NCBI GenBank assembly: GCA_964638145.1
Contig: CAZXAK010000019.1
Coordinates: 1,117-65,116 of the forward strand
Origin: an uncultured Desulfobacterales bacterium
GTDB taxonomy: Bacteria > Desulfobacterota > Dissulfuribacteria > Dissulfuribacterales > QOAL01
Direction: 5' to 3'
DNA: 64,000 nt
The stretch's first letter is position 1. Every line of letters starts with the position of its first letter. Below the pieces are notes generated by a model. That model made no database searches. It was not told the DNA's origin and saw only the letters and a list, made by a program, of their open reading frames with translations. The translations under genes were made by a program, and so were the position numbers. Shown here piece after piece: positions 7,690 to 18,438 of the stretch.

Positions 7690-9813
7690 TCAGGCAGGCC
7701 TGCTCTCAAAAACCACCACACTCCTTGGACCTGCAACAAATTCGCTGCCCTTCCACAACTGCTGATCCTCAGGTCTGATAATGTCTTCAGGCCCTGGCCT
7801 CATGGTATCCACTGCAAGATGCCACCTGAATACCGGATTGGCTGGCAGCAGCACCTTTGCCCCAAACTCCTCCATATTGCAGATCACATGGATATCCGGC
7901 TCCTGTTCATCAATCCCCCCCATGGTAAAGGCAATGAATCTGGATTCGGGGTCATCCCATGGTTTGGTCCCAGGCTCCTGCCCATGCCATACAATGTCCA
8001 AAATGCCCCTGGAGTTGGTCCTGGTACCTGTGAGAAAATGCTTCCTCCTCAGACACGGATGACGCCTTCTGAATGCTATGATCTCACGGACAAAACGGAG
8101 CATATCCACATTCTCCTCAACAAGTCTCCAGTCGAACCACCCAAGCTCGTTGTCCTGACAGTAGCAGTTGTTGTTCCCCTTCTGGGTCCTGAGCACCTCA
8201 TCGCCTGCAAGCAGCATGGGAATACCCTGGCTCAACATCATGATTGCCATGAAATTCTTCACCTGCCTGCGCCGCAGGGACAGTATTCGTGGATCGTCTG
8301 TCTCACCCTCCACTCCGCAGTTCCAACTGTAGTTGGCATCACTTCCATCCCGGTTGTCCTCACCATTGGCCTCATTATGCTTGCGATTGTAACTGACAAG
8401 GTCATGCATGGTGAAGCCGTCATGGCAGGTGACAAAGTTGATGCTGTTTCTCGGAAACCTGCCAGAGTGCTCATAAAGATCACTGCTACCGGCAATCCTT
8501 GTGGCCACCTCGTCCACCACGCCTCTATCCCCTCTAACGAAGCGCCTTATCACATCCCGGTACAGACCGTTCCACTCCTGCCACCTGAAGCCGGGAAAAC
8601 CGCCTACCTGGTAAAGCCCGCCTGCATCCCACGCCTCGGCAACAAGGCGGCTGCCTGCAAGCTGTGCTGAAAACTCAATGCTCCACACCACAGGGGCGTG
8701 GTACATGGGCCTTGTATCCTCTCCCCTGGCCATGACACTGGCAAGATCAAATCTGAAACCGTCTACGTGCATGTCACGCACCCAGTACTCCAGACATTCA
8801 AGGATAAATGCGGTAACAAGTGGATGATTGCAGTTGATGGTGTTGCCACAACCTGTAAAATCCAGATACTTCCGCCGGTCCGAAGGGTCAAGGTGGTAGA
8901 ATGCACGGTTGCCAAGGCCCTTGAAGTTGATTACCGGCCCGTCCTCTCCCCCCTCGGCAGTATGGTTGAACACCACATCAAGAATCACGCCTATCCCTGC
9001 CCTGTGAAATGCCTTGACCATATCACGGAACTCGTCGATATGGGTACCAAGCTCAGGGGTCCTGCAATAACCGGGGTGCGGGGCAAAGAAACTGTGTGGA
9101 CTGTATCCCCAGAAATTCCTGAGCCCCCGCCTCCTTGCCCCTTCGGGCACATCCTGTTCATCAAAGGCCATTATTGGCAGGAGTTCCACATCGGTTATGC
9201 CCAGATCTTTCAGATACGGGATCTTCTCTATTATACCAGAATATGTACCAGGATGCCTGACACCAGAAGATGGATGACGGGTAAAGCCCCCCACGTGCAT
9301 CTCATAGATGATCGCGTCCCCCGAGCCCCTGTCAAGGGGGGTATCACCCTCCCAGTCATAGGTATCCACAGGCGGCACCATTGCCCTCATACCTGGCACG
9401 TTACGCGCCCCGGGCTTCATGGCCAATACGCGATCCCACAGGGTGCTGGTCACGATCTTTGCCCACGGATCAAGAAGCTCTTTTGTCCTGTCGAAGCGAA
9501 AACCGGTCCTCTCTGTATCCCCAGGCCCGTCCACACGCCAAGTATAGCTGATGCCAGGCCCCACCCCCTCCACATGGACGTGCCAGAAATAAAAGGTCCT
9601 GTTGACCTCAGGATCAAGTCCTATTACAGCAAACGGGGACGGTGCATCATGACTCTCATACAGCAACAGCTCAACAGCACGTGCATGCCTTGAGAATATG
9701 CAGAAATTAGTGCCGGTTTCATCAGCAACCGCGCCCATGGGAAACCTGTTCCCAGGCGTAATACGACCTGTTTTCATACTACTCCTCACATTAAGGGTAA
9801 GAGTTTTTTCCAC
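7690..9813 (-). CDS. glgX: glycogen debranching enzyme (isoamylase-type GH13)
   Basis: 707 aa. GH13 catalytic motifs DVVFNHT, GFRFDLA, EAWD and FVTCHDGF. Confidence 0.9.
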   Translation of the reverse strand: MEKTLTLNVRSSMKTGRITPGNRFPMGAVADETGTNFCIFSRHARAVELLLYESHDAPSPFAVIGLDPEVNRTFYFWHVHVEGVGPGISYTWRVDGPGDTERTGFRFDRTKELLDPWAKIVTSTLWDRVLAMKPGARNVPGMRAMVPPVDTYDWEGDTPLDRGSGDAIIYEMHVGGFTRHPSSGVRHPGTYSGIIEKIPYLKDLGITDVELLPIMAFDEQDVPEGARRRGLRNFWGYSPHSFFAPHPGYCRTPELGTHIDEFRDMVKAFHRAGIGVILDVVFNHTAEGGEDGPVINFKGLGNRAFYHLDPSDRRKYLDFTGCGNTINCNHPLVTAFILECLEYWVRDMHVDGFRFDLASVMARGEDTRPMYHAPVVWSIEFSAQLAGSRLVAEAWDAGGLYQVGGFPGFRWQEWNGLYRDVIRRFVRGDRGVVDEVATRIAGSSDLYEHSGRFPRNSINFVTCHDGFTMHDLVSYNRKHNEANGEDNRDGSDANYSWNCGVEGETDDPRILSLRRRQVKNFMAIMMLSQGIPMLLAGDEVLRTQKGNNNCYCQDNELGWFDWRLVEENVDMLRFVREIIAFRRRHPCLRRKHFLTGTRTNSRGILDIVWHGQEPGTKPWDDPESRFIAFTMGGIDEQEPDIHVICNMEEFGAKVLLPANPVFRWHLAVDTMRPGPEDIIRPEDQQLWKGSEFVAGPRSVVVFESRPA

Positions 9814-10017
9814 ATTTACCTCATTCTATGGACAATGTTACTGTGAAAATTCAGCCGCAGGCCACACGGCACCAGGGAAAGCGAAACAGATAGAGCCAGC
9901 ATGACGGATCAGCCAGGAATGACCATGTCGCAAGGCAGGGAAAGCCTGCCGCAGCATAACAGCACAGGACAAACAGGAAACACCTCTGTCTCGACAGGTC
10001 TATCAAAAAATATAAGA

Positions 10018-10116
10018 CCCAAGTTGAACGTTTCAGATCATGTGGAATCTTGTATTGTCTGTAATTCCACAAAATCAAGGTTGTTTTTGTAAAATTGCCT
10101 GTCAGCCAACGGCATG
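10018..10116. repeat. MITE family 2 fragment
   Basis: cccaagttgaacgtttcagatcatgtggaatcttgtattgtctgtaattcc... parallels the reverse complement of the right part of 7315-7569. Confidence 0.5.
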
Positions 10117-10171
10117 AAGCGCTCAGGGCCGGCCCACGGGCATCCCTGAACCAATACCATCCTGCAGCGTA

Positions 10172-10711
10172 TCAGGTAGGGGGAAAGGATTTCAGGATGT
10201 TGGCCACCCATGTATTTATGCCCTGACGCATCTTTTTGCCTCTGGAATAGTTTTTGATGAATCCTATTCCATCGCCACGCCAGATCAGTCTGCCAGTACG
10301 ACCATCGAATATGTCAATAAACAACGTGGCCTTACCTGCACGCGAATAGTCATATATCCCAGCCGGCCCAAGCCAAGATGTATCAGGCACCCTTCCTGAC
10401 TGGGTAAGCTTCATGGCCTGTTTTACACCTGCATATGCAGTTACCTTGAAATCAACATCACCGCTATCTCTAAGCTCGAATCCCTTGAGTCTCAAAACCA
10501 TATCCACGGCCTCATGCACCATCTTCTTGATCTCTGGATAGCTCTCGAGGCGGTCATCAGGAGAATCAATGCTGGCCCATGAATAGGTCTTCAGCCCTCT
10601 GAAATCGGCTGAAGGGTCATATGCAGTATCCACCGAGATGGGGGAACAGGCAGAAAGCAGGAGGAGCAATGGTATAAGAATAGAAATGGAAGCGGAATAA
10701 TAATGTCTCAT
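10172..10711 (-). CDS. DUF4136-like lipoprotein
   Basis: 179 aa. Lipobox LLLSAC. SVDTAYDPSADFRGLKTYSW resembles the DUF4136 N-terminal pattern as I remember it. Confidence 0.6.
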   Translation of the reverse strand: MRHYYSASISILIPLLLLLSACSPISVDTAYDPSADFRGLKTYSWASIDSPDDRLESYPEIKKMVHEAVDMVLRLKGFELRDSGDVDFKVTAYAGVKQAMKLTQSGRVPDTSWLGPAGIYDYSRAGKATLFIDIFDGRTGRLIWRGDGIGFIKNYSRGKKMRQGINTWVANILKSFPPT

Positions 10712-10891
10712 GGGGTTCTCTTCAGTGTCTTATCTTGAGATAAAGATGGCTCAATAATTACAAAACATATTACCTGCCAGGCAGGGAGACACGTGGCCTC
10801 AATGCATGATCAAATCGCTGGCCCTGCATCACCTGAACAGGGCTGCAACTTACGCTTAAAAGAATATCGGGGATTTCAACAAAAAGGAAGG

Positions 10892-10928
10892 AAAAAACTT
10901 GGGGCAGGCCGAAAACTCAGCCTGCCCC
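10892..10928 (-). terminator. intrinsic terminator downstream of collagen-like gene
   Basis: On the minus strand: ggggcaggc-loop-gcctgcccc (9-bp GC-rich stem) followed by aagtttttt. Confidence 0.7.
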
Positions 10929-10939
10929 TGTTGACCAAT

Positions 10940-11587
10940 CTATTTCTCTTTCTTGGCCTTTGTGGTGGCCTTGGCAGCAGTCCCCTTTGGACCTCTCGGT
11001 CCTCTTGGTCCCCGCTCACCTGGATCACCCTTGTCACCCTTGGGCCCTGGAGGTCCTTCAGGCCCTGGAGGCCCAGGTTCGCCCTGCGGACCTGGAGGTC
11101 CGGGCTCTCCCTGTGGACCAGGCTCGCCCTTGTCACCCTTGGGTCCTGGAGGCCCTTCTGGCCCTGGAGGTCCTTGAGGTCCTGGTTCACCCTGCGGACC
11201 TGGAGGCCCTGGCTCGCCCTTGGGACCCTGAGGCCCTTCAGGCCCTGGAGGTCCTTGAGGCCCAGGTTCGCCCTGTGGACCTGGAGGCCCTGGTTCACCC
11301 TGTGGCCCTGGCTCGCCCTGATCACCCTTTGGCCCTGGAGGCCCTGGCTCTCCCTGCGGACCCTGAGGCCCAGGAGGTCCAGCCTCGCCCTGCGGACCTG
11401 GAGGCCCTGGAGGGCCAGGAGGTCCAGGCGCACCGGGATCCCCCTTTTCTCCCCGAAGTTCACCCTTTTCTAGAGCGTTTTTCAAATCCTGCATCTCCTC
11501 TTTGATCTGTGAAACCTGCCGGTGCGCCAAGATGCCAAAAAGACTCAGGCCCAGGGCAAGCAGCGCCAGAAAGTACAAAAAACTCAT
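10940..11587 (-). CDS. membrane-anchored collagen-like triple-helix repeat protein
   Basis: 215 aa. N-terminal TM helix ([19 protein letters not shown]) and a short charged helix, then about 52 uninterrupted Gly-X-Y triplets ([15 protein letters not shown]...GPRGPKG). Lys-rich tail. Confidence 0.85.
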   Translation of the reverse strand: MSFLYFLALLALGLSLFGILAHRQVSQIKEEMQDLKNALEKGELRGEKGDPGAPGPPGPPGPPGPQGEAGPPGPQGPQGEPGPPGPKGDQGEPGPQGEPGPPGPQGEPGPQGPPGPEGPQGPKGEPGPPGPQGEPGPQGPPGPEGPPGPKGDKGEPGPQGEPGPPGPQGEPGPPGPEGPPGPKGDKGDPGERGPRGPRGPKGTAAKATTKAKKEK

Positions 11588-11767
11588 AAATCCTCCTTTC
11601 CCAGAGATCCATTTTTTATTCCTAATGAACCGTTACATTTCATTAAAAACTGATAATACAAAAAAATGAGTTCCTGTTCAATAGAAAAATATTTATAGTA
11701 ATAAGGATATAAACCCATCAGATTATCCAACTTTCTGTCTGGAAACAAACGGTTAGGAGGCAACTAC

Positions 11768-12736
11768 TTGCAATCACATGACGTTTTCAACGGGGACGCA
11801 GACGGCCTGTGCTCCCTTCACCAACTAAGACTCTCAGAGCCATCTGAATCACTACTCATCACAGGGGTAAAGCGGGACATCAAACTGTTATCTCGCGTAG
11901 AGTGTTCCAAAGACTGCTGCGTAACAGTGCTTGATATCTCCTTTGACAAGAACAGGGACGACGTGATCCGACTGCTGGAGCAAGGTGCTGCAATTGAATA
12001 TTTTGACCACCACTTCGCAGGGGAAGTTCCCAACCATGCCCGCCTATCCGTGCATATCGACGCACAGCCCGACAGGGGTACCAGTTTCATAGTTGACCAG
12101 CACACAGGCGGCAGATCCAGGGCGTGGGCTGTGGTTGGCACCTTTGGTGACAACTTTGATGAAACAGCAAGACGCATGGCCAGATCCGCAGGGATCGACC
12201 AGAAAACCACCGGGGTATTGAAAGAACTCGGTGTGCTTCTTAACTATAACAGTTACGGCGTATCTGTAGACGATCTCTACTTCCACCCTGCAGACATCTA
12301 CCGTTCCATGAGGGAATTTGCCGATCCTGTTGACTTTATCCAATCCACCACCATATTTACCCACCTGAAGACAGGATACAACTCGGACATGGAAATGGCA
12401 TCAGGGACCAGACCCGAATTCTCCTGCAATGGTAATGAGGTCTATATCCTTCCCAATGAATCATGGGCCAGAAGGGTGAGCGGGGTGTTTGCAAACAGAC
12501 TCTCACGACAGAATCCGGATGGAGCGCATGCCGTTCTCACCGGCCTTCCCTCTGGAGGCTATGTGGTCAGTGTCAGGGCGCCGCTGTCTGACCGGCGTGA
12601 CGCCCACAGCCTATGTATGAAATTTCCTACAGGCGGGGGCAGGGCAGCGGCAGCAGGCATAAATTTCTTGCCTGAAGGTGATGTTAAGAGGTTTATTGAC
12701 GAATTTCAAAAAACATATACACATAAGAGGCAATGA
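11768..12736 (+). CDS. DHH-superfamily phosphoesterase-like protein
   Basis: 322 aa. TTG start 7 nt after AGGAGG. DHH-like motifs NGDADG, VLDIS, FDHHF and a C-terminal PTGGGRAAAAG. Confidence 0.6.
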   Translation: MQSHDVFNGDADGLCSLHQLRLSEPSESLLITGVKRDIKLLSRVECSKDCCVTVLDISFDKNRDDVIRLLEQGAAIEYFDHHFAGEVPNHARLSVHIDAQPDRGTSFIVDQHTGGRSRAWAVVGTFGDNFDETARRMARSAGIDQKTTGVLKELGVLLNYNSYGVSVDDLYFHPADIYRSMREFADPVDFIQSTTIFTHLKTGYNSDMEMASGTRPEFSCNGNEVYILPNESWARRVSGVFANRLSRQNPDGAHAVLTGLPSGGYVVSVRAPLSDRRDAHSLCMKFPTGGGRAAAAGINFLPEGDVKRFIDEFQKTYTHKRQ

Positions 12737-12873
12737 GAGGTATGTTGGGCCTGATATGTGACCATCATGTCCATTTAGAAAAGATTTTATTCAAGAACTG
12801 AGACATGAGAAGATGGAAAAAGTTTTTGGACCCAACAGGAGAACGACAACTCATCTGACCAACGGAGGATACT

Positions 12874-13425
12874 ATGGGAAAAAGGATACTGCTTCTTCTT
12901 GCCCCTGGATATGAAGAACTCGAGGCCATCGCAGTTGTTGATATGCTCAGAAGGGCCGGGCTGGAGGTAGTTATGGCCGGTACCGTTCCAGGGCCTGTAC
13001 CCTCTGCCCGTAACGTCAAAATCGTACCAGATGCCGAACTCGATCAGGTCACTGACCAGACCTTTGACCTTATCGTGCTTCCAGGTGGTATAGACGGCAC
13101 AGAGAACCTTGCAAAGGACCAGAGGGTCATCAAGATGCTGCAGGACCAACTGGAGTCTGGCCGGTATATAGGTGCCATATGTGCAGCCCCTGCCATACTC
13201 GACCGGCTCGGGATATCATCAGGCAAGACCATCACGTGTCACCCTGTGTGCCAGGCATCTGTAAAGAACTCTTCCATCTCTCAGGAACGGGTGGTACAGG
13301 ACGGCCAGTTCATCACCAGCCAGTGTGCAGGTACTGCTGTAGAATTCGGGCTGAGACTGGTGGAGTTTCTGCTTGGTAAAGAGAAGATGGAAGAGGTCAA
13401 CAAAGGCGTTCTTGCCAGGATATAG
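12874..13425 (+). CDS. DJ-1/PfpI family protein (YajL/ThiJ-like)
   Basis: 183 aa. Nucleophile-elbow motif GAICAAP. GGAGGA lies upstream of the ATG. Confidence 0.85.
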   Translation: MGKRILLLLAPGYEELEAIAVVDMLRRAGLEVVMAGTVPGPVPSARNVKIVPDAELDQVTDQTFDLIVLPGGIDGTENLAKDQRVIKMLQDQLESGRYIGAICAAPAILDRLGISSGKTITCHPVCQASVKNSSISQERVVQDGQFITSQCAGTAVEFGLRLVEFLLGKEKMEEVNKGVLARI

Positions 13426-13622
13426 ACACAAGAATCTAATCTTATACAATACACACCAGGCCCGCCTTATCACTTGGACACAGGACCTGCTGCTCATACA
13501 GGTCCAGTGCATACATCAAATAGGCATTGAAGATTTATAAAGGGGGTCGATCCGTCCCTCGTTTCTCAGAGCCGCGCCCCTTGCGGGGCCCACCGAGAAC
13601 CAACACAGACCAGAGGGAGTTC

Positions 13623-14561
13623 ATGGCTACGGATAAAACATCCGATAAAAATATCGAAAACTTACCTGTACTCTCGCCCGCCAGCGGTGAAACGCTGCCG
13701 GTTGCAGAAACCGATCCGGTACGCCAATACCTTGCAGAGATCAGCAAGTATCCACTTCTCACACCGGAAGAGGAAGAAAAAATCACCAAAGAGTATTACA
13801 GGACCAAGGATCCGGCACTGGCCTCCAAGATAGTGACATCCAACCTGAGGCTGGTGGTCAAGATTGCCCTTGATTTCCAGAAATTCTGGATGCAGAACTT
13901 CCTCGACCTGATCCAGGAGGGCAATGTAGGGCTGATGCATGCTGCCAAAAAATTTGACCCGTACAAGGGGGTCAAGTTCTCCTACTATGCATCATTCTGG
14001 ATCAAGGCATACATAATGAAGTTTATCATGGACAACTGGCGCCTGGTCAAGATCGGCACCACACAGGCCCAGAGGAAACTCTTCTACAATCTCAACAAGG
14101 AGAAGGAACGCATAAAGGCCCTGGGCTATGATCCCACGCCCAAACGCATATCCGAATCTCTGAATGTCCGTGAAAAAGACGTGATAAACATGGATCAGCG
14201 AATGGGCTCATGGGAGGTATCTCTCAATACCCCTGTAAGGGATGATTCAGATGAAAACTACATGGACTTCCTGGCAAGCGGGGAGACATCCCTGGAATCT
14301 TCAGTGGCGCGCAAGGAGATAGGCCACCAGTTGCGTCACTATCTCGAAGAGTTCAGAAAGGAACTGAAGGACAAGGAAAAGGTCATCTTTGAAAAACGCC
14401 TCATTGCTGAAGATCCCCTCACCCTGCAGGAGCTGGGCAAGGAGTTTGGTGTCTCCAGGGAGAGGGTGAGACAGATAGAGGTGAGACTCAAGAAAAAACT
14501 GCGCAAATTCCTTGAAAGCAGGGTCCATGACATCGAGACCTATAACGAGGCAGTGGAATAA
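13623..14561 (+). CDS. rpoH: RNA polymerase sigma-32-like factor
   Basis: ATG 13623 (MATDKTS) is preferred over the ORF-track start at 13527. Sigma-70 regions 2-4 are present. RpoH-box-like TTQAQRKLFYNLNK. Confidence 0.8.
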   Translation: MATDKTSDKNIENLPVLSPASGETLPVAETDPVRQYLAEISKYPLLTPEEEEKITKEYYRTKDPALASKIVTSNLRLVVKIALDFQKFWMQNFLDLIQEGNVGLMHAAKKFDPYKGVKFSYYASFWIKAYIMKFIMDNWRLVKIGTTQAQRKLFYNLNKEKERIKALGYDPTPKRISESLNVREKDVINMDQRMGSWEVSLNTPVRDDSDENYMDFLASGETSLESSVARKEIGHQLRHYLEEFRKELKDKEKVIFEKRLIAEDPLTLQELGKEFGVSRERVRQIEVRLKKKLRKFLESRVHDIETYNEAVE

Positions 14562-14655
14562 CGCCTCCCCTTCATGCCAGATACCCATGGAGGGCCTTCC
14601 GTTTGCGACACACAAACCATAGAGAAACGCTCATATACACTCATCAACACAATAA

Positions 14656-16392
14656 ATGAAAACGGGAAAAACAGCACATCTCCACCTGCTACCTGCTCTA
14701 CTCGTGGTAATTACGTTTTTGGTAACCCCCCCATTTGCAACAGAGGCAGCGGCTGGAAATCGTTACCAGATTTCCAAGGCCGCTCCATACTCCTGGTATC
14801 TCCAGGGACTTATAAAGGAGATGAAGGGAGATCTGGCTGGAGCCTATCACTGTCTTGAAACTGCATCTGAACTTGACCCTGAGGCCATACCAGTGCTCAT
14901 GGAGCTTGCGCAGGTGGCTGCAAGGATAGGCAAGACGGAAGAGGCCGAGCAGTGGATCGAACAGGCACTGGTGATAGCACCCAAGAATATCCGTCTGAAG
15001 CTAATGCTGGGCCGCATATATGCATCTGCAGGCAATACGGCTGCTGCCATCGAGGTCCTGGACGACATCCTCAAGGACGACCCTGACAATGAGGAGGCGC
15101 TGTTTCTCATGGGCTCCCTTTACGCCCAGTCCCAGAAATTCCAGAAGGCCATTCCAACGCTTGAGAAGGCAGCCAGCCAGAAGGGGACACGCTCCTTTAT
15201 GGCGCACTACTACCTTGGCAAGATATATCAGGCAAAAGGGGAACAGGACAAGGCCCTTGAGGAATTTTCAAAGGCCGCCGCTGCCAACCCGAGATTCACG
15301 CCAGTATTTGTGGATCTTGCTGAGATATACGAACAGAGGCATGACACGGAAAACGCCTTGAGGATGTGGCAAAGGGTGCTGCAAAACGACCCAGGAAACT
15401 CCAGAGCAGCCATAAGGACCATTGAACTACTGATAAAGACAGGCCAGATAGACCAGGCTTCCACCCTGCTTGACAGACTCAACATGACCAAGGCCGACCT
15501 TACTGCCCTGCGTTTCAAGGTAGCGCTCATCTACATGCAGAACAACAAACCGGACATGGCCCTTGACATCCTGCTTCCCCTGTCAGAAAAACATCCTGAT
15601 GACAGCCGCATTCTGTTCTATACCGCCCTTGCCCAGGAGGAAAACGGCGAGATCGACCAGGCCATAAAGACACTCAAGGCCATAAAGGGCAATGATATGA
15701 TAGGGACTGAGGCTACGGTACGCATCGCCTTTCTGTTGAGCAAGGAGGACAGGAACTGGGAAGCGGTCACCTTCCTGAAAAAACGCCTTGAGGAAAGACC
15801 GGGAAATCCGCAGATACTGCTTGCACTCTCAAGGATATACGACCAGACGGGTCAGACGTCCACAGCCATTACACTGCTCGAAGATTCAGTCAAAAAGGGC
15901 GTGGCCAACAAGGAAATCTACATGCAGCTTGCCATGCTCTGTGAAAAACTCCATGAGATTGACAAGGCACTGGGATGGGCACAGAAGGCGCTGGAGATTG
16001 ACAATGAGTATGTCCCGGCCCTGAACTTCATTGGCTATACCTGGGCAGAACAGGGGAAAAACCTCAAAAAGGCCGAGGAGATGATAAAAAAGGCCCTGTC
16101 CCATCAGAAAGAGGACGGGTATATCATAGACAGCCTTGGCTGGGTTTACTATGCCCAGGGCAGGTACAGAGAGGCGGTACAGGAGTTGGAAAAGGCGCAC
16201 AAACTCGTCCCAAACGACCCCACCATTGCCGAACACCTCGGAGACGCCCTGATAAAAAGCCAGAAATACTACAAGGCACTGAAGATATACAGAAAGGCAG
16301 TGGAGTTGGAGAAGGACAAGAGAAAAAGACACAGGCTGCAGAAAAAGGTCAGGATGGCCATTGACATGATCTCTGAAATGGTTGACCAGTAA
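14656..16392 (+). CDS. TPR repeat protein with signal peptide
   Basis: 578 aa. N-terminal signal/TM segment, then repeated 34-residue TPR-like units (A..Y..AL..DP.N...). Confidence 0.8.
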   Translation: MKTGKTAHLHLLPALLVVITFLVTPPFATEAAAGNRYQISKAAPYSWYLQGLIKEMKGDLAGAYHCLETASELDPEAIPVLMELAQVAARIGKTEEAEQWIEQALVIAPKNIRLKLMLGRIYASAGNTAAAIEVLDDILKDDPDNEEALFLMGSLYAQSQKFQKAIPTLEKAASQKGTRSFMAHYYLGKIYQAKGEQDKALEEFSKAAAANPRFTPVFVDLAEIYEQRHDTENALRMWQRVLQNDPGNSRAAIRTIELLIKTGQIDQASTLLDRLNMTKADLTALRFKVALIYMQNNKPDMALDILLPLSEKHPDDSRILFYTALAQEENGEIDQAIKTLKAIKGNDMIGTEATVRIAFLLSKEDRNWEAVTFLKKRLEERPGNPQILLALSRIYDQTGQTSTAITLLEDSVKKGVANKEIYMQLAMLCEKLHEIDKALGWAQKALEIDNEYVPALNFIGYTWAEQGKNLKKAEEMIKKALSHQKEDGYIIDSLGWVYYAQGRYREAVQELEKAHKLVPNDPTIAEHLGDALIKSQKYYKALKIYRKAVELEKDKRKRHRLQKKVRMAIDMISEMVDQ

Positions 16393-16395
16393 CCC

Positions 16396-16457
16396 TGTAC
16401 CACAGGCACCTGAAATGCATAAACAATTGGCAAGGGCTGATGGTGTTTTTTCTCATG
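16396..16457. repeat. MITE family 1, half copy (copy D)
   Basis: cacctgaaatgcataaacaattggcaagggctgatggtgttttttctcatg matches the left arm of 28800-28964. It fills the convergent gap between the TPR gene and atpA and contains the atpA stop codon (16453-16455). Confidence 0.7.
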
Positions 16458-18303
16458 CCCCCCTTATGAGCCGGTCCATCTCCTCATCAATCCTCTTGCC
16501 CAACGCCATGAACGGTGCAGAATCATCACCCTTTTCCCTGAATTTTATACGATGGATATCAACCAGCACGTCTGTCTCCATGGCCCGGAACAGTGGTATA
16601 CGGGCGTGCACAACATCCTCAAGTCTCTCAATAAAGTGCATGATCAGATCAAGGAGCAGGTACTGTTTCTCAGGGCTGGCATATGTATCAACAGGGTCGA
16701 ATGCGCTTTGCTGCAAAAAATCCTCTTTTAGCAGCCTTGCCGCATATATGATCCGTTTCTGATCGTCCGGCAGGGCCTCCTCACCAAGAAGCTTTACGAT
16801 GTTCTGCAACCTTGCATCCTCCTGCAATATGGCCATGGCCCTGTCACGCAGCTCACTCCACCTGTCTCCCACCCTCTGCTCCCACCACGCCCTGACGTCT
16901 GTGGCATAACCTGAATAGCTCTGCAGATAATTTATGGCCGGAAAGTAACGTGCGCTGGCAAGTTCTTTGTCAAGCGCCCAAAAACACTCCACAAAACGTT
17001 TGGTGTGCATGGTGACTGGTTCGGAAAAATCTCCTCCTGGCGGAGAAACGGCACCAATGAGGGTAACTGAACCCATCTTGCCGCCAAGGGTACGGACCTG
17101 GCCTGCCCGCTCGTAGAATGCGGCAAGGCGGCTTGCGAGATAGGCAGGAAAGCCCTCCTCTGCAGGCATCTCCTCGAGCCTTCCTGATATCTCCCTGAGG
17201 GCCTCAGCCCACCTCGAGGTGGAATCTGCCATAAGGGCTATATCATACCCCATATCCCGGTAATACTCAGCGATTGTAATGCCTGTATAGATGCTGGCCT
17301 CACGCGCTGCCACAGGCATGTCAGAGGTGTTGGCAATAAGTATGGTACGCTCTATGAGCGGACGGCCTGTCCTGGGATCCACAAGCTGGGGCAGATCAAC
17401 CAGCACGCCTGTCATTTCATTTCCACGCTCTCCGCAACCTATGTATACGATGATATCTGCATCAGTCCATTTGGTGAGCTGATGCTGCGTGACCGTCTTT
17501 CCTGTACCAAAACCGCCAGGAATGGCTGCTGTGCCCCCCCTTGCAAGCGGGAAAAATGTATCGATCACCCGCTGTCCGGTTACAAGGGGTTCTGATGGCA
17601 CCAACCTTTCAGCAGATGGACGCACCTTTCGCACCGGCCACCTCTGACATAGCGTTACCTCCTGTCTCCGGCCTGAATCGGTGAGCACCACGGCAATGAC
17701 ATCCTCAAGTGTGTAGGTCCCCTCTGGCACCACGCTTTCAATGATACCGGAGAGGTGTGGCGGGACAAGTATACGGTGAGCCACGCTCTGGGTCTCAGGC
17801 ACCACTCCAAGACAGGTGCCAGGACTTACACTATCCCCCTGTTGGACCTCAGGTCTGAACTCCCATACCCTGTCTTTGGACAGGGAGGCACCGGTCCTGC
17901 CGCGATGGATAAAATCTCCCCACTGCTCCCTGAGCATAGTGAGAGGACGCTGAATCCCGTCAAAGATACCTCCCATGAGTCCGGGCCCAAGCTCAACGTA
18001 AAGAGGCAGCCCCTGGCCTGCGACCCTGTCTCCAGGCCTTATACCTGTGGTATCTTCATAGACCTGTATGGTGGCACTGTCGGCCTCAAGGCTGATAACC
18101 TCACCTACGAGCCGCTGGTGGCCCACCTCTACCAGTTCGTTCATGGAGAAAAGGGCTGCAGGCCCTGCCTTTACTACTGGCCCGCTCACCATTTTGACAA
18201 AGGCACACTCATCATGCCTGCGGGTTGACACAAGCCCTGACTGCTCAATCTGCATCCGATCCTGTGGTGTCATGTACCGTATACCGTATGCATAGGTATC
18301 CAT
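16453..18303 (-). CDS. atpA: A/V-type ATP synthase catalytic subunit A
   Basis: 616 aa. Walker [10 protein letters not shown]. Conserved SGPVVKA N-terminal barrel and the [12 protein letters not shown] region. The exact start is uncertain because there are several upstream Met codons. Confidence 0.9.
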   Translation of the reverse strand: MDTYAYGIRYMTPQDRMQIEQSGLVSTRRHDECAFVKMVSGPVVKAGPAALFSMNELVEVGHQRLVGEVISLEADSATIQVYEDTTGIRPGDRVAGQGLPLYVELGPGLMGGIFDGIQRPLTMLREQWGDFIHRGRTGASLSKDRVWEFRPEVQQGDSVSPGTCLGVVPETQSVAHRILVPPHLSGIIESVVPEGTYTLEDVIAVVLTDSGRRQEVTLCQRWPVRKVRPSAERLVPSEPLVTGQRVIDTFFPLARGGTAAIPGGFGTGKTVTQHQLTKWTDADIIVYIGCGERGNEMTGVLVDLPQLVDPRTGRPLIERTILIANTSDMPVAAREASIYTGITIAEYYRDMGYDIALMADSTSRWAEALREISGRLEEMPAEEGFPAYLASRLAAFYERAGQVRTLGGKMGSVTLIGAVSPPGGDFSEPVTMHTKRFVECFWALDKELASARYFPAINYLQSYSGYATDVRAWWEQRVGDRWSELRDRAMAILQEDARLQNIVKLLGEEALPDDQKRIIYAARLLKEDFLQQSAFDPVDTYASPEKQYLLLDLIMHFIERLEDVVHARIPLFRAMETDVLVDIHRIKFREKGDDSAPFMALGKRIDEEMDRLIRGA

Positions 18304-18438
18304 CCATAAAATGGCCCCTTTGCCCCATGGCCTGGCTGCTCGTTAAAGAAAAATTCATGCAGGCCCATTACCCACTGTTCTTTCACCTCTTTGCACCTTG
18401 TCATGGAACAAAATTCCCTGTTGCCTCATGTACACAAA

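Noticed and set aside
7588-9693. Two long plus-strand ORFs (360 aa and 331 aa) opposite glgX.
   Set aside because: They contain no recognisable motifs and their composition is typical of antisense frames. The minus-strand frame carries the full set of GH13 catalytic motifs across the same interval.
10793-11505. Several ORFs on the plus strand, and one in a second minus-strand frame, across the collagen-like gene. They translate to P/L/R/W-rich sequence.
   Set aside because: They are artefacts of the GC-rich 9-bp periodic GGN-CCN repeat, which stays open in many frames. Only the Gly-X-Y frame has a start with an N-terminal TM helix, an upstream AT-rich region and a downstream terminator.
13527-13622. 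N-terminal extensions offered by the ORF track. This one is for rpoH. Similar cases start at 5280, 23510, 38592, 39857, 44697, 47932, 49499, 54275, 59248 and 60302.
   Set aside because: In each case an internal ATG gives the canonical family N-terminus. It also usually has an RBS or creates an ATGA-type overlap with the upstream stop, so the shorter models were used.
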